Below are positions 50,328 through 61,935 of a stretch of DNA of 64,000 nucleotides, piece after piece. Below the pieces are notes generated by a model. That model worked only from the letters and a program-made list of their open reading frames with translations, was not told the origin of the DNA and searched no databases. The position numbers and the translations under genes were made by a program. The stretch is from Guillardia theta CCMP2712. Its lineage: Eukaryota > Protista > Cryptophyta. The stretch's first letter is position 1, and every line of letters starts with the position of its first letter. The stretch spans positions 916,748-980,747 of the forward strand of contig NW_005434666.1 of assembly GCF_000315625.1 (NCBI RefSeq). The letters run 5' to 3'.

Positions 50328-52469
50328 ATTGAGTGATAAGAAATCAGCAGAACGTATCTCCTACAGTTCAAAAGCAGAAGATGACATGAATTTTTGCAGG
50401 ACGGTACAACAACTTTGAGAAAGATGTTCGAGGGATGGTTTATGGAATGGTGGAGGTGACGAGAATCTCTGCCTCATCATCTCAGAGTTTTGAAACAAAC
50501 CCGTCAGAAGTTGGACGTGTCTCAAGTCGAGCTCTACCCTCCTGCTTCTGTGAATGCTACCCACAAGGTTCGACCTTCTCATTCCTCTCTACCACCAGAT
50601 TTGATCTGTTCATGCATTGGCAGCCTTTTGAAGAAACTTTCAAGTTCGAGGGGCCCGTGCTCTTTGAGGGTGCCGATACTCAACTTTCGAGGATTCGGAT
50701 TGACCGTTTCGAACGTAGGGGTTGTCTTTGTGGAAGGGCGGGCAAGGAGGGAAGTCAAGATCGGTAGGAGCATGAGAGCTTGTTTCTTGTTTTCGATCTG
50801 CCGCTGACAGTTGTTGTCGTCCAGAGATTTCGGATAGCAGCGAGGAAGAGATTCAGGAGAACGACAGAGAAGATGTTGATTGACAGATTTCCGCTAGCAT
50901 CCAGTGATTCATCTTCACAGAGCGAACCGGAGGAGGATGCAAACAATCAAGAAGAAGTTGCTCGTCCTGCTGTTGAGAGAGATCGAGAGCTGCTCGCCAT
51001 CCCGCAAGGTTTGTTCCGACATGATCTGAAATGTTGTTATGCTCCAAGATCTCGTTGACACAAATCCCCAAAATAACTTGTTGGAAGTCAAGCTGACACA
51101 TGAAATCACTTGCTGTGTGGCTTTTGTCTCGTTGTTCGTTGAGAATGGAACTGTTTCTCACCCGCCTCTACGAACAGAAGACATCATCGGATCAGAGTTG
51201 CAGAGAGCTGGGCTGATAGGTGACGAGCATACCCCTTCCTCCTGATCCTCACCACTGACATCCCTCTCGTGGCAGACAAGGAAAATTCCGAGACACAGTA
51301 AGGGGACTCTTCCTCCCCTTGTCTCAGACTCACTGGTCAGCAGCACAAGCTCGTCGCCCAAACCGAGGTACGACCCTGCAAGAAGCAGCAGAACCTTCGG
51401 AGGGAAAGGACATGTTGTAGCGGACGACGACGATGACCCCGCGGTCATTAGCGACAAGGTGAGACAACAACAAGTTGCTGTCCTCTCCTCTGATTGCATC
51501 TGCCCCGCACCCCCCTCTCCCCAACGCACTCTCAGACTCGGAAGGCTGCTGAAGAGGCGGCGGCGGCTGCAGCGGCGGCGGCGGCGGCGGCAGCAGCAGC
51601 AGCTGAGCGAGGAGGAGGAGGAGCAGGAGGAGAAGGAGGAGGGAGCGCTGTGAACCGGACACATGATCCACACGAGTGGAGGGTGAGGCACGTCGGAGGG
51701 TCTCAAGAGGAGTGAACAAGTGGCAGAGCGAAGCGACAGCAAGACGCGAGCGAGTCGAGCAAGACAGGGCCAACAACTCGCGCCCTCCTCCAGCGTACCA
51801 GGAAGAGCAAGTGCCGCAGCCGCAGCCGCCGCAGCAGAATCAGCAGGGTGAGTTTGATGCGGATGTTTGTATTTGGGAATGACGGATAGACGAAGCAGAG
51901 CAAGTGAACAGGTCAATCACTCGGTGATGACGGCGATGCTCGAGAAGCTGTTGCGTGACTGCCTGACAGTGAACCTCCTGCTTCCTCTTCTGCCTCCGAT
52001 ACCCGCAGGAGAGCCGTGCGTATCGACGTGAAGCGTAAGTCCATGGTGGTTCAGAGTGAGGGGAAGAGTGAGGGAAGAAAGAGGAGGAGGAGGGGAGGAA
52101 GGGGAGGGGAGAAGAAGGGGATGGACAAACATTTTAGGAGGATAAGGTTGAGAATAATTGAGAAATGGGAGGTAGATGAAGATTTATCCGAGTTTCTGAG
52201 GATGCAGAGGAGGAGAAAACCCTGACAAGCTGTTGGTCTGAGCAGAGATAGACATGCAGCCGGGGGACATCGCAGCTCCTGGTTACGTCTTCGGAGGGAT
52301 CGCCCCCTGTGGGATTCCCTTCTACGTTTGTCAGGCAAGGCTTCCATTGATGCTGAGCTGTTTGGTGACGTCTGTCTTGCAGGCTACCAACCAGTCAGTC
52401 TGGGAGTTGCCATCTCCTTCTCATCTAGTTGCAGGTACCATGAACAATGGTTGTAGTGATGATGATGGC

Positions 52470-52510
<41 letters not shown>

Positions 52511-52571
52511 GGAGGAGGAGGAGGAGGAGGAGGAGGAGGAGGAGGAGGAGGAGGAGGAGGAGGTTTTTGAT

Positions 52572-52613
<42 letters not shown>

Positions 52614-54705
52614 GGTNNNNNNNNNNNNNNNNNNNNNNNNNNNNNNNNNNNNNNNNNNNNNNNNNNNNNNNNNNNNNNNNNNNNNNNNNNNNNNNNNNNN
52701 NNNNNNNNNNNNNNNNNNNNNNNNNNNNNNNNNNNNNNNNNNNNNNNNNNNNNNNNNNNNNNNNNNNNNNNNNNNNNNNNNNNNNNNNNNNNNNNNNNNN
52801 NNNNNNNNNNNNNNNNNNNNNNNNNNNNNNNNNNNNNNNNNNNNNNNNNNNNNNNNNNNNNNNNNNNNNNNACTTACCTCCCTCCCTCTGTTATCCCCCT
52901 CTCTCTCGCTCTCTTTCTCTCTTCCCCTCTCTCCTCTCCCCCTTCTCCCTCACTGACGTTTCTCGCCTCTAGATTCTCACATGTCACAAGAGGACAAGGA
53001 CAGAGAGCTTGCACAGAGGTCGAGCAGATGACGCCATGTCTCTCCCGACTGAAGTCGACTGAATGAATGTCGTTCAGACTGCAAGCAGAGTTCGAAGCGG
53101 AGGAAAGAGAGATGAAGAAGCAGGAGGAGGAACGGTTTGTGACCCCTTCCTCTCCTTAGCCCTCTCCCACCCTCCCTCCCTCCCTCCTTGCTAACCCTCC
53201 TCTTCCTATCCGACCGTCCCTTTCAGCTGTTGCAATGCTTTTGGTTCCACTTCCATCAACTTTGCTGAACAAGCTTCGCAGGATACAGCAGGAGCAGCAA
53301 ACCCTCCTTGAGCGGCAGCTGCGTGAGCAGGCCCGGGGGTAAGGGAGACGTCGGAGGGACTAGGATCAGGACTGAGAGGAGACGTGCAGACAAGGACGGC
53401 AAGAGGAGCAGGCGAACAGCCCGAAGGAGGAAGTCAGCCGAGAAGTTCGGGAGGAGGAGAAGAGGAAGGCTCTAGAGCTACAGCAGAAGGAGGACGAGGT
53501 CCATTCAACCCTCCTCCCTCCTCTACTCATGCTGAGCTGCCCTAGGTGAGGAGGAAGGAAGAGCTGCTCAGGAAGCAGGAGGAAGAGCTGCGGAAGAGAG
53601 TGAGGGAGGTGAAGTTTCCGCTGACCCCTTGCTCCTCTTCTCCTCTCCTGCCTTTTACCCCTCTGGTCTCCTCCGCTTCCACCTCCGCCTGTTTTCCTCC
53701 TCATTCAGTATCTTGTTGTTCTGCTGGTCCCTCATGTCACATGCAGCTTGAGGAGCTTTCGCTGAAGCAGAAACAAGAGCAAGAGAACAGAAACTCGTCG
53801 GACGACATTCCCTTCGAATATCAGTGAGAAGCGAGACAGACATGAAGGGGGGGGGAAGGAGAAGCGGGAGGGAGCAGGCGAATGGGAAATGGAGGATGGG
53901 AGGATGAGGAGGTGGAGGATGATGATGGAGGCGGAGTGGACGAGGAGGACGAGGAAGACGAGGAGGAGGAGGATGGAAGGACGGGGGAAGGACGAGGAGG
54001 AGGAGGAGGAGGAGGAGGAGGAGGAGGAGGAGGTTTCTTACTTATCTCTCAGGTGTCCCATCACCATGGACGTTATGACTGATCCTGTCATAGCAATGGA
54101 CGGACACACATACGAAAGACAAGCCATAGAGAGCTGGTCACCCTGCCCCCACCCCTGCCCCTGCACCCCCTGCTCCTGCTCCTGCACTCTCTGCCCATGC
54201 TCTTGCACTTGCTCTTGCTCTTGCTCCTGCTCCTGCCCCCGCCCCTGCTCCTGCCCCTTCTCCTGCTACTGCAGTCTTTCGTCTACTAGTTTTCTCCTTC
54301 CCGTCATCGCAGAGCTCACTCCCGAGCAGGTTGAAGAATCACAAGAAGAGTCCCAAGACCAACCTGCCGCTCCCTTCCAACATGCTCATCCCCAACCACG
54401 TGCTGCTGCTGGCAGCAGAGGCAGCGACTGACATGTCGGCAGGCCCTCAAGAGCATGATCATCGAGTGGAAGGAGAGCAGGAAGAAGAAGCGATGAAGCA
54501 GGACGCATGCGCTAGAGCAGGAGAAACAGAGAGAATAGGAGGAGGAAGGATCGGGTGGGTTGGGGGAGGAGAGGAGGAGGAGAAGGGGGAGGGAAGAGAG
54601 GGAGAGGGAGAGGGAGAGGGAGAGGAGGAGCAAAAGGAGCAAGAGGAGGAGGACATCATGGGATTTCAATATTTGAATAACATCAAGAACGGCTCCAAGA
54701 TTTAG
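48764..54705 (+). CDS. BRO1-domain protein with PPxY, WW, MIU-like motif, coiled coil and C-terminal U-box (putative E3 ligase)
   Basis: BRO1 motifs VKFKWKDS, ELEKNNLIYNIG, FEEAAGAF, LIAVMLSYALRCVYEKA and ILARLA. Also RPPPAY, WW APGYVFGGIAPCGIPFYVCQATNQSVWELP, EDKDRELAQRLQAE, and U-box [56 protein letters not shown]. Confidence 0.75.
50165..50326. repeat. (GAC)/(GAT)n intronic microsatellite
   Basis: Visible trinucleotide tract. Confidence 0.95.
52457..52610. repeat. (GAT)n-(GAG)n-poly-T compound microsatellite, intronic
   Basis: Visible. Confidence 0.95.
52617..52871. other. Assembly gap (255 N), apparently within an intron
   Basis: Run of N. Flanking exons have compatible phase. Confidence 0.97.
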
Positions 54706-57700
54706 GAGAGGGGCAGGAGGCGCCAACAACCACCATCGACCCCCAATCTCGAGAAGTGAGAGCAGGAGGCCCAGCAGCAGGCGGCCTGTCCAACCTCCCG
54801 CGATCCGTCGAGCTAGAGGACAAGGAGCAAGGGTTCGCTGCCTGCAGGGAGCGCTGAGCATGGAAGAGTGCGTCCTCTACAGCCTCTCCTTCCTCCAGCC
54901 TCCTGTAAAACAACTCCATCAGCGTCCTCTGGCTCCCGTCCCGGAGGTCCCACAGGGAGCACACGACGGTGCTCGCTCCTGCCATCAGGAAGGCGCGGGC
55001 AAGGCCAATGACTCCCTCCTGCTTCACCGCTCCCCTCCCAGAGCTGCACGAGCTCATGACAACCACACTGCCCTTGACCACTTCGGAGGCACAGACCTCT
55101 TCAAGGGACAGGATCACGCTGCTCCATGGCAGCCCCGTCCTCCGCTCGACGTTGGCAAGGAAGATGGCGGAGGTGTGCGGGCGGAAGAGAGCAGCTTCGC
55201 GCGAGATCAGCCCCATTCTCACGTCAGCTGCAGTGTGGCAGGCGAAGTGAAGCCAGGAAGAGTCTTCCATCCTCCTCAGCACCGCCTCCTTGCTCGCTTC
55301 CTCCCGCAGCAGCAGCTCCGGCTCCATCGCCATGCTCGCCAGGCTCCGCGCTACCGCCTCTGCCTCCCGCTCCGCTCCCTCCAGCTCCTGCGCTCCTCCC
55401 CCTATCACCCAGGGAACAGGGAGAGGATTTCCCACCACCATGGCCTGCAAGGCTCCGCCTGCCCTCTTCGCCTGCCCTCGCGATCTGATCGCCATCAGGA
55501 GGGAAAGGGAGGGAAGGAGAAGCGGGGGGGCGTCAAGGCAGGAGAGCAGACAGTACCATGGGAGGAGGTAGAGGGCGGAGTGAGGAACGATCATTACTGC
55601 CACTTGCTTTCGGAGCAGGTGCTGGATGGGTTGCAGGCAGAGCTGGAAGAGAAGGGAGATGGCGTCTTCAGAAGCTCTTCTTGCCTCCAGCTCAATGTCG
55701 CGGATCAGATTTTCCACAAACGTTTGCAGCTGCTGCGATGGGTTGGAGGAGGATGAAGGAAAGTTGTGAGAGGTAAAGAACTGTTGCAGATCCGTGCGAA
55801 CGAAGTGCAGCTGACCTGATTGCACAAGTCAGACGTATCGGAGGCCAGGTGGACACCAAGAGGAGGGAGAGTATGACGATGATGATGATGATGATGAGAT
55901 GATGAGGATCATGAGGATGAGGATAAGGATTACGATGATGATGATGGTGTTGTTGTTGTCGTCGTCGTCGTCGTCGATGATGATGATGATGATGATGAGG
56001 ATGATGATGATGATGATGATGACGATGATGATGATGATGATGACGATGACGATGTTGTTGTTGTTGTTGTTGTTGTTGTTGATGATGATGATGTTGTTGT
56101 TGATGATGATGATGATGACGAGGAGGAGGAGGAGGAGGAGGAGGAGGTGGTGGTGGTGGTGGAGGTGGTGAAGGAGGAGGAGGAGGGAAGGGAAAGAGGT
56201 GGAGGGAGAAGGGGCGGAGGGTTGGAAAGAGGAGGAGGGCGGGAAAGAGGTTCGAATGGTTCAAAGAACGTCAAACAGGTCGAGGACAAGGACAAGAATG
56301 TTGGCAGCAAGAGGGATGAGGATGAGGATGAGATCATCAGTCAGCAACAGTTTCACCGTCGGGTTGAAGCATCCAAGTCAGGAGATGTTGAGAAGTCACG
56401 TAGAACTCAATCATCGTTTTCTTCTCTCCCTTCACGACATCGACCAGCTCATCCCAGCTCAACTCGTTCCAGGTCGACAGAGATGTCGAAGTTTCCTGCT
56501 GCTTGAGGACGATTGTGTCTGTCAGTGTCCGAGCCTTGCTCCTCTCTGCTACAAGAAGGGCTCTCCTTTGCATATCCACATCCTCCCTCGCCAGACTAGC
56601 AAGGAGGTCAACCAGCTGGTTGTACGTCGCCTGCTGCTGCTCGAAGAAGGAAACCCTGAGAGAGTCTCCGACCTTGTGGATTGACTTCTGAGCCTTCTCG
56701 GACAAGGTCAAAGATTCTTCAAGACATTTCATCGCTCCCTCCAGATTCCCAGCCTGCCTGTACAACCTGCCGAGCACGTCGAGCGAGACCGACAACTTTT
56801 CATCCGCCGACATGTCCCGGTACACGCTCACACACTCCTCTGCCTGCTCGATCTTTTCATCCAGCCCCTCCTCCTTCAAAGATAGAGAATGCAGGTCAAC
56901 ATCGGCTATCAACATCTTATCATCGATGCTCCTTGATATCTCCACAGCGCACCTGCCGTAGAGGTCCGCTTTCTCCGCGTAAATCTCACACGTCTGATCT
57001 GAGAGCGGCATGTTGCTGCGGATGAGTCTACGATAGACTCTCTCCAAACAAGAGCAGCTCGCTGCCATCGACTGCCGATCTTCACAACGACAAGACAGTT
57101 CAAAGTACTTCTCATAGTAGTGCCTCGCCATCATAAGGTCATTCTCCACCTCACAGATATCTCCGAGCCCACCGTAGAGCTTCGCTTCATTCGCAATCCT
57201 TCCCAACAGCCGGCAAAGTTTCAACCCCTTGGCAAGAAAGTACTTGGCACTGATGTTGTCGTTCAATTGCAGGTACATCTCTCCCAAGTTGCTCAACGCC
57301 ATCATGTGAAGCTCAAACATCTGAGGATCCCCGTGGTCAAGGAGGGAAGTCTTCTCCACCGTCTCCTTGCAGCGCTCAAGTGCACTTCCTAGATTTCCTC
57401 TGTCTGCAAGGATAGCCTTCAGGTACATCATGATCTTGATAGCGTTTACGCCATCGACGTTCGGATCTTCAAGTGCGGCCTCCAGCTCCCGTTCTGCAGC
57501 CTCGTACTTGTTGTCCTCGAACAGACACATCCCTCGAACATAACCATCCTGATCGACTTCTTCGGGCAGGCACTGTATCCTCTCATATCGGTCCTCTCTG
57601 TTCACCACCACTACCAAAGACTGCAGTTGAACCGCTCTCTTGCTTGGCTTGTGCACTACCGTCGCACCTGCGTCCTTCCACCAACAGCACGAGCTGCTCG

Positions 57701-58273
57701 ATCTTGTCACCTCGACATCGCGTCGCAAGTTTTCGCCCCCGAGGATAAGACGCACTCGTAGATGCGCCCGACGCAGTTTCGAAAGGCCATGTTGGCAGGC
57801 CGAGGATTGTTGACCAGTACCTTCTCGCAACCCATATACCATGGATTGTTCGTGTCATGACGGCTGCGACCTGAAGGTAGATCCCCATGCTCTGCAGTTG
57901 TTCCTCCTCTATCGTCCCGCTGGGCGACAGAACCGGCTCCGTGTCCTTGTTGAGCATCGTCGGGTGAGCGAGCGTTGCGATGCAGCGACTGTTCTTGTCC
58001 TGGCGCTATGTTCTCGTCAACAGCAACAAGCATGAACTTGTCAAAGCCGCCTGTAAGATAGCATCCTTCCTCTCCAGTCACATCCCAGCGCACAGTAACG
58101 AATCCTTTCCCTACCAACGACACGACTGTCCCGCGTTCCTGAGGCAGTGAAGAACGAAAGCCATGTCCCTGCAGAATCGCTTTGCCCTCGTCAGAGAGCT
58201 TCACCTGCATGCCGAGGAAGGGCGATGGTCCTCGGACGCCCTCATGGTCTACACGCTCTTCCAATCTCAGCAT
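54683..58273 (-). CDS. MIB/HERC2-like domain + TPR array + CHAT (caspase-like, clan CD) peptidase
   Basis: GTVVSLVGKGFVTVRWDVTGEEGCYLTGGFDKFML. TPRs ALSNLGEMYLQL, LYGGLGDICEV and SLDVLGRLYRQAGNLEGAMKCLEESL. RALLVAERSKARTL. CHAT motifs IVPHSALYLLPW, LEGAEREA, WLHFACH, VVMSSCSSG, GLARAFLMAGASTVVCSLW and DWGSMVVVG. Confidence 0.85.
55872..56185. repeat. Compound (GAT)/(GTT)/(GTC)/(GAG) microsatellite in a CHAT-gene intron
   Basis: Visible. Confidence 0.95.
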
Positions 58274-58509
58274 GCTGACGATCCAGACACAGCGGCAGCC
58301 TCCTGCATCGTCGTCCTCCCCAAGGAGGCTGTGTACTGCGCCATGTAGGGCTCCATATTGTAGGTTTGTATCAAGACCCCATTTAATTGTATATTCATAA
58401 TTTTACTTATTGATATTGGTACACAAATGAATGCTTCGTTGTAAGGTAAATTTTAGTCACATCAGAAAATGGATTTGGACATAAGCCCTGAGGAAAGCTC
58501 TCTGGTACC

Positions 58510-58593
58510 GGTGGCGTGGCCGAGCGGTCTAAGGCGGGAGACTCAAGTTCTCTTCTTCGTATGAAGGCGTGGGTTCGAACCCCACCGCCACCA
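58510..58593 (+). tRNA. trnL-CAA: tRNA-Leu (CAA), intronless, long variable arm
   Basis: Acceptor stem GGTGGCG/CGCCACC plus discriminator A. D-arm GCCGAGCGGTCTAAGGC. Anticodon loop CT-CAA-GT. T-arm GTGGG-TTCGAAC-CCCAC. A T-run follows. Confidence 0.96.
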
Positions 58594-58843
58594 TCTCTTT
58601 TGCACGAGCCGATGAAAGAATGATCGTTGTGTTCACGACAAGTGTTATGTGTTATGATTCAACAATTCAAGTGTTTTTCTTGTTGCAACCTCAGTACCAT
58701 AGGATGCTGTGAACATGACCGATTTGATAACATCCATATGTCTTGGAACGATCCTCGACGTTCGATTGATCGAAGTTTCAATGTTTTATCGTAGATCGAA
58801 AATTTACACAAGCAGATCTAAGTTACACATCGAGAGTATCTCT

Positions 58844-60004
58844 CTAGATGGAGACAAGCTCGGATAAACGAATAATCTCCTCAATGTCAGACTCGGAATA
58901 TTCAATCGCCTCATTCACTTCCTCCTGGCGACTCAACCCGGTTCTGATTTCCTTGAGTGTCGCAACGCTGACAATTTCATGGCAAGCACCAGACTCAACG
59001 TATGAGGAGACGACTTCCATGTTCGACTTGTTGAGAACCATCAGGCGGCAGATTAGCTCAGCAAACACGTTCTTCTGACCCGAGCTGTGCCGGCGAGCTT
59101 TCCTCGACAGATCGCACAAGAGCTTGAACGACTCGTTGCACAAGCACACGTCACCACAGCTTGAATCCAGCGCGGACTGCAGGATGTTGGCCGCCAGCTG
59201 CTGCACCATCAAGACGCCGCCATTGGAAGCCGCTCTGAGTGCAGTGTGCCACACGTCTGACGCTGACAGCATCTTGACCCCGTCCTCGATCTTGGTGAAG
59301 GGAAGCAGAGCTCGAAGCGCGTCCACTTGGATCTCAGTCTGCTCCAGCTGAATCAGCCTCTTGATGCATTCCAAAGAAGCCTGCTGACACAGCAGCTCTC
59401 GATGCTGGCTGCCAGCTCGGTAAATGAAGATCGCGAGGGTGCGCGCTGCTTGTCTCCAGTGCCCGGATTCGAAATTGGCCGCGTTGTTCCTCAACGTTTC
59501 TACCAAGCATCTGTTATTGACCAGCTTGGGGATAAGGTCCTTGTTGGTTGCTAAACGGCATATTGCCATGCATATGAAGCGTTGGATGCACTCGTCTTGA
59601 GCTGAAATCAAGCATTGCACGAGTCGATCCAGCAATGGCTCTGTCGACATCTGCTGCTGTAGATCAGGGCGCAGTGCCAGGTTTGAAAGCTTGCTCGCAG
59701 CAGAAACTTGATCTTCAAAGCTTGAGGTAGAAGCCTCTTCAAGAATATCCAAGGATGCGCTGATCATACATAAATGCGTGGGTTGCGACGCATTCTTCTC
59801 TATGAGGCATGCCAGAGACTGTCCAGATGTTTGGGCGAACTGAAGTTTCTGATTTTGAGAAAAAATAGATGACGCTGGGAGTGGAGACGATGAGAGGACA
59901 GAGCTGAGAGAGATGGTGCTGGACGCCGCCGAAGTTTCTTCGTTGCTGGCGAAGCCAAACAGCAGTTTAGGGCGGGTGGCCCCGCTCCGATCTGAGATTG
60001 CCAT
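58844..60004 (-). CDS. Armadillo-repeat protein (single exon)
   Basis: 386-aa ORF with ARM-like units (QVSAASKLSNLA, IQRFICMAICRLA, WRQAARTLAIF, IQVDALRALLPFT, VQQLAANIL). Confidence 0.75.
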   Translation of the reverse strand: MAISDRSGATRPKLLFGFASNEETSAASSTISLSSVLSSSPLPASSIFSQNQKLQFAQTSGQSLACLIEKNASQPTHLCMISASLDILEEASTSSFEDQVSAASKLSNLALRPDLQQQMSTEPLLDRLVQCLISAQDECIQRFICMAICRLATNKDLIPKLVNNRCLVETLRNNAANFESGHWRQAARTLAIFIYRAGSQHRELLCQQASLECIKRLIQLEQTEIQVDALRALLPFTKIEDGVKMLSASDVWHTALRAASNGGVLMVQQLAANILQSALDSSCGDVCLCNESFKLLCDLSRKARRHSSGQKNVFAELICRLMVLNKSNMEVVSSYVESGACHEIVSVATLKEIRTGLSRQEEVNEAIEYSESDIEEIIRLSELVSI

Positions 60005-60690
60005 TGCACGTTAAATTGATGACAGCTTCTCTCAATCAGATGGGAAACAGGGGGAGAGAGATCAAGGCAAAGGTGGTAGCAGGAACAGGTCAGGAGGACA
60101 AGTACTGGTGTGAAGTGTGCTCGAGGAACAGTAAAGAAGGCAACGAGGGCGGGGAGGGGATATAGAGCCAAAGTTGGAGGACCGGAGCACAATACATGAC
60201 TCCATTCGTGATTAAAATTGAAATGACGTACTTTCGATATTTGTAGACAGGCAAATGGAGGTCACGGATCCCTGCTGTGGGACTTATTAGTAAATTCATT
60301 CAGATCCCTCAGTAGTTTGAAATATTGAGGTGATTTTTCAAAAGCTGCCTTCATATTGTGGCATCGTGACAGATGAAACCTCTTCCTTACTGTTTGAATA
60401 GCCGAGTTATCGTGATCTAAAGCATGACTGCTGTAACTCAACGCTGTGTAGTAATATGATTCAAATGTAATGGGGGAATAATCAAAACTAAATACTGGAA
60501 TTTGAAATGTTCAGTAATATATTCGGATATTGGAAATGTCTAAAGGTTCGTCGTGTTTTGGGGAAAGTTATAAGCTTAATAAAATCTCTGGCCGGGTTAC
60601 TGCAGTAAAGTCCAAGAAGCCATAACGGCTATAACGTCTATATCTCAACTGTAACGGATCCTGATTTTGACCTCAAGGTGGCTCTGTTGA

Positions 60691-61828
60691 ATGGTGCGCG
60701 TGCTGAATGTCAAGGTAAGTTGAGGAGTAAGGGAAGGGGGAGGAGAAGCAGAGGGGGAGAGAAGCTGAAGAGGAGGAGCGGAGGAGGAGGAGAGGAGGAG
60801 GAGAGGAGGAGGAGAGGAAGAGGAGAGGAGGAGGAGAGGAGGAGGAGAGGAGGAGGAGAGGAGGAGCGGAAGAGGAGAGGAGGAGAGTTGGTTGAGGATA
60901 GGTAACTTACAGGAAGATACAGTGCGGTAAACCGAGCAAGAGCAATAACATTATAACATTTGGTAGCGTCACTGAATGGCGACGAGGGTTTCAACTTTTA
61001 CTGTAGAATTGCCATGACCCAACATATCAACTTTAAGCTGCCCCTCTGACTATCAGCTTCAAAGGTACCTGCGATTGTGTCTAGCAAGCCAAGTGCAGGC
61101 AGGAATCAGAGTGAGGTAAGGGAGACGATCAAAGTCTTCCTGTGTCTCTATCGTTTGATTGAGTGATGTTGATGAGCTCAGTTGAAAGGAGCTGTAAAGC
61201 GTCTGAGCAGGAATGACAAGATGTTCACGGACCTGACTTTAGCATGGGCACTGATAGCGGACGACGGCTGTAGACAGGTACAGGCTGCATGTCTTTTCTC
61301 AATCCGTCAGCTTTAGCTGGTGACTCGAGACATGCCGCAGTTGTCTACAAGCCTCATCTTCAACACAGTGCTCACTCGGCTGGACCTTCACTACAACGAC
61401 ATAACTCAGATTGGCGCGACGTCGTTGGCTCAGATGCTGAAAAGGAATTTCACTCTTGTCACTCTTGACTTGAGCTACAACAGTGAGGGCTGCATGCTTC
61501 TGTTGCTTGAGATGATGATGATTGATGCTCAGGTGTGGGGGACGCTGGAGCAGAAGCCATCCTGAGGGGTCTGAAAGAAAACACATCGTTGACCAGTTTA
61601 CAATTGACAAACAACGGGGTTTCTCACTCAGTCCGTCAAGCCATTGACGAGTGTCTTGAAGAAAGAAGTTCGAGGAATACTACGACCGACATGAAACAGA
61701 AGGAGGTGAAGGCGGTAAAGATCGTCGCTAAAAACGACAGGTTTCAGGAAGCTTTTCTTGCTGCTCCGGTCGCGCGTCGCAAGGCTCCTCTTGCAAAGAA
61801 CAAGTACAGCTTCGACCTTTGTGCTTGA
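60691..61828 (+). CDS. Small RNI-like leucine-rich-repeat protein (start uncertain)
   Basis: NTVLTRLDLHYNDITQIGATSLAQML, NFTLVTLDLSYN-VGDAGAEAILRGL and NTSLTSLQLTNNGV. Confidence 0.8.
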
Positions 61829-61935
61829 ATGTACAAACAACTTTGATCCAATCAGAATCATGTATATTATTTGTATTACGCAGCAAATGAAAACAAGATG
61901 TGAAACGCAAGAAAGTCTCAACTATAAGAAACTCC

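Noticed and set aside
58586-58593. Genomically encoded CCA on tRNA-Leu (suggesting a bacterial or organellar origin)
   Set aside because: The CCA is the last two acceptor-stem bases plus the discriminator A, not an added CCA end.
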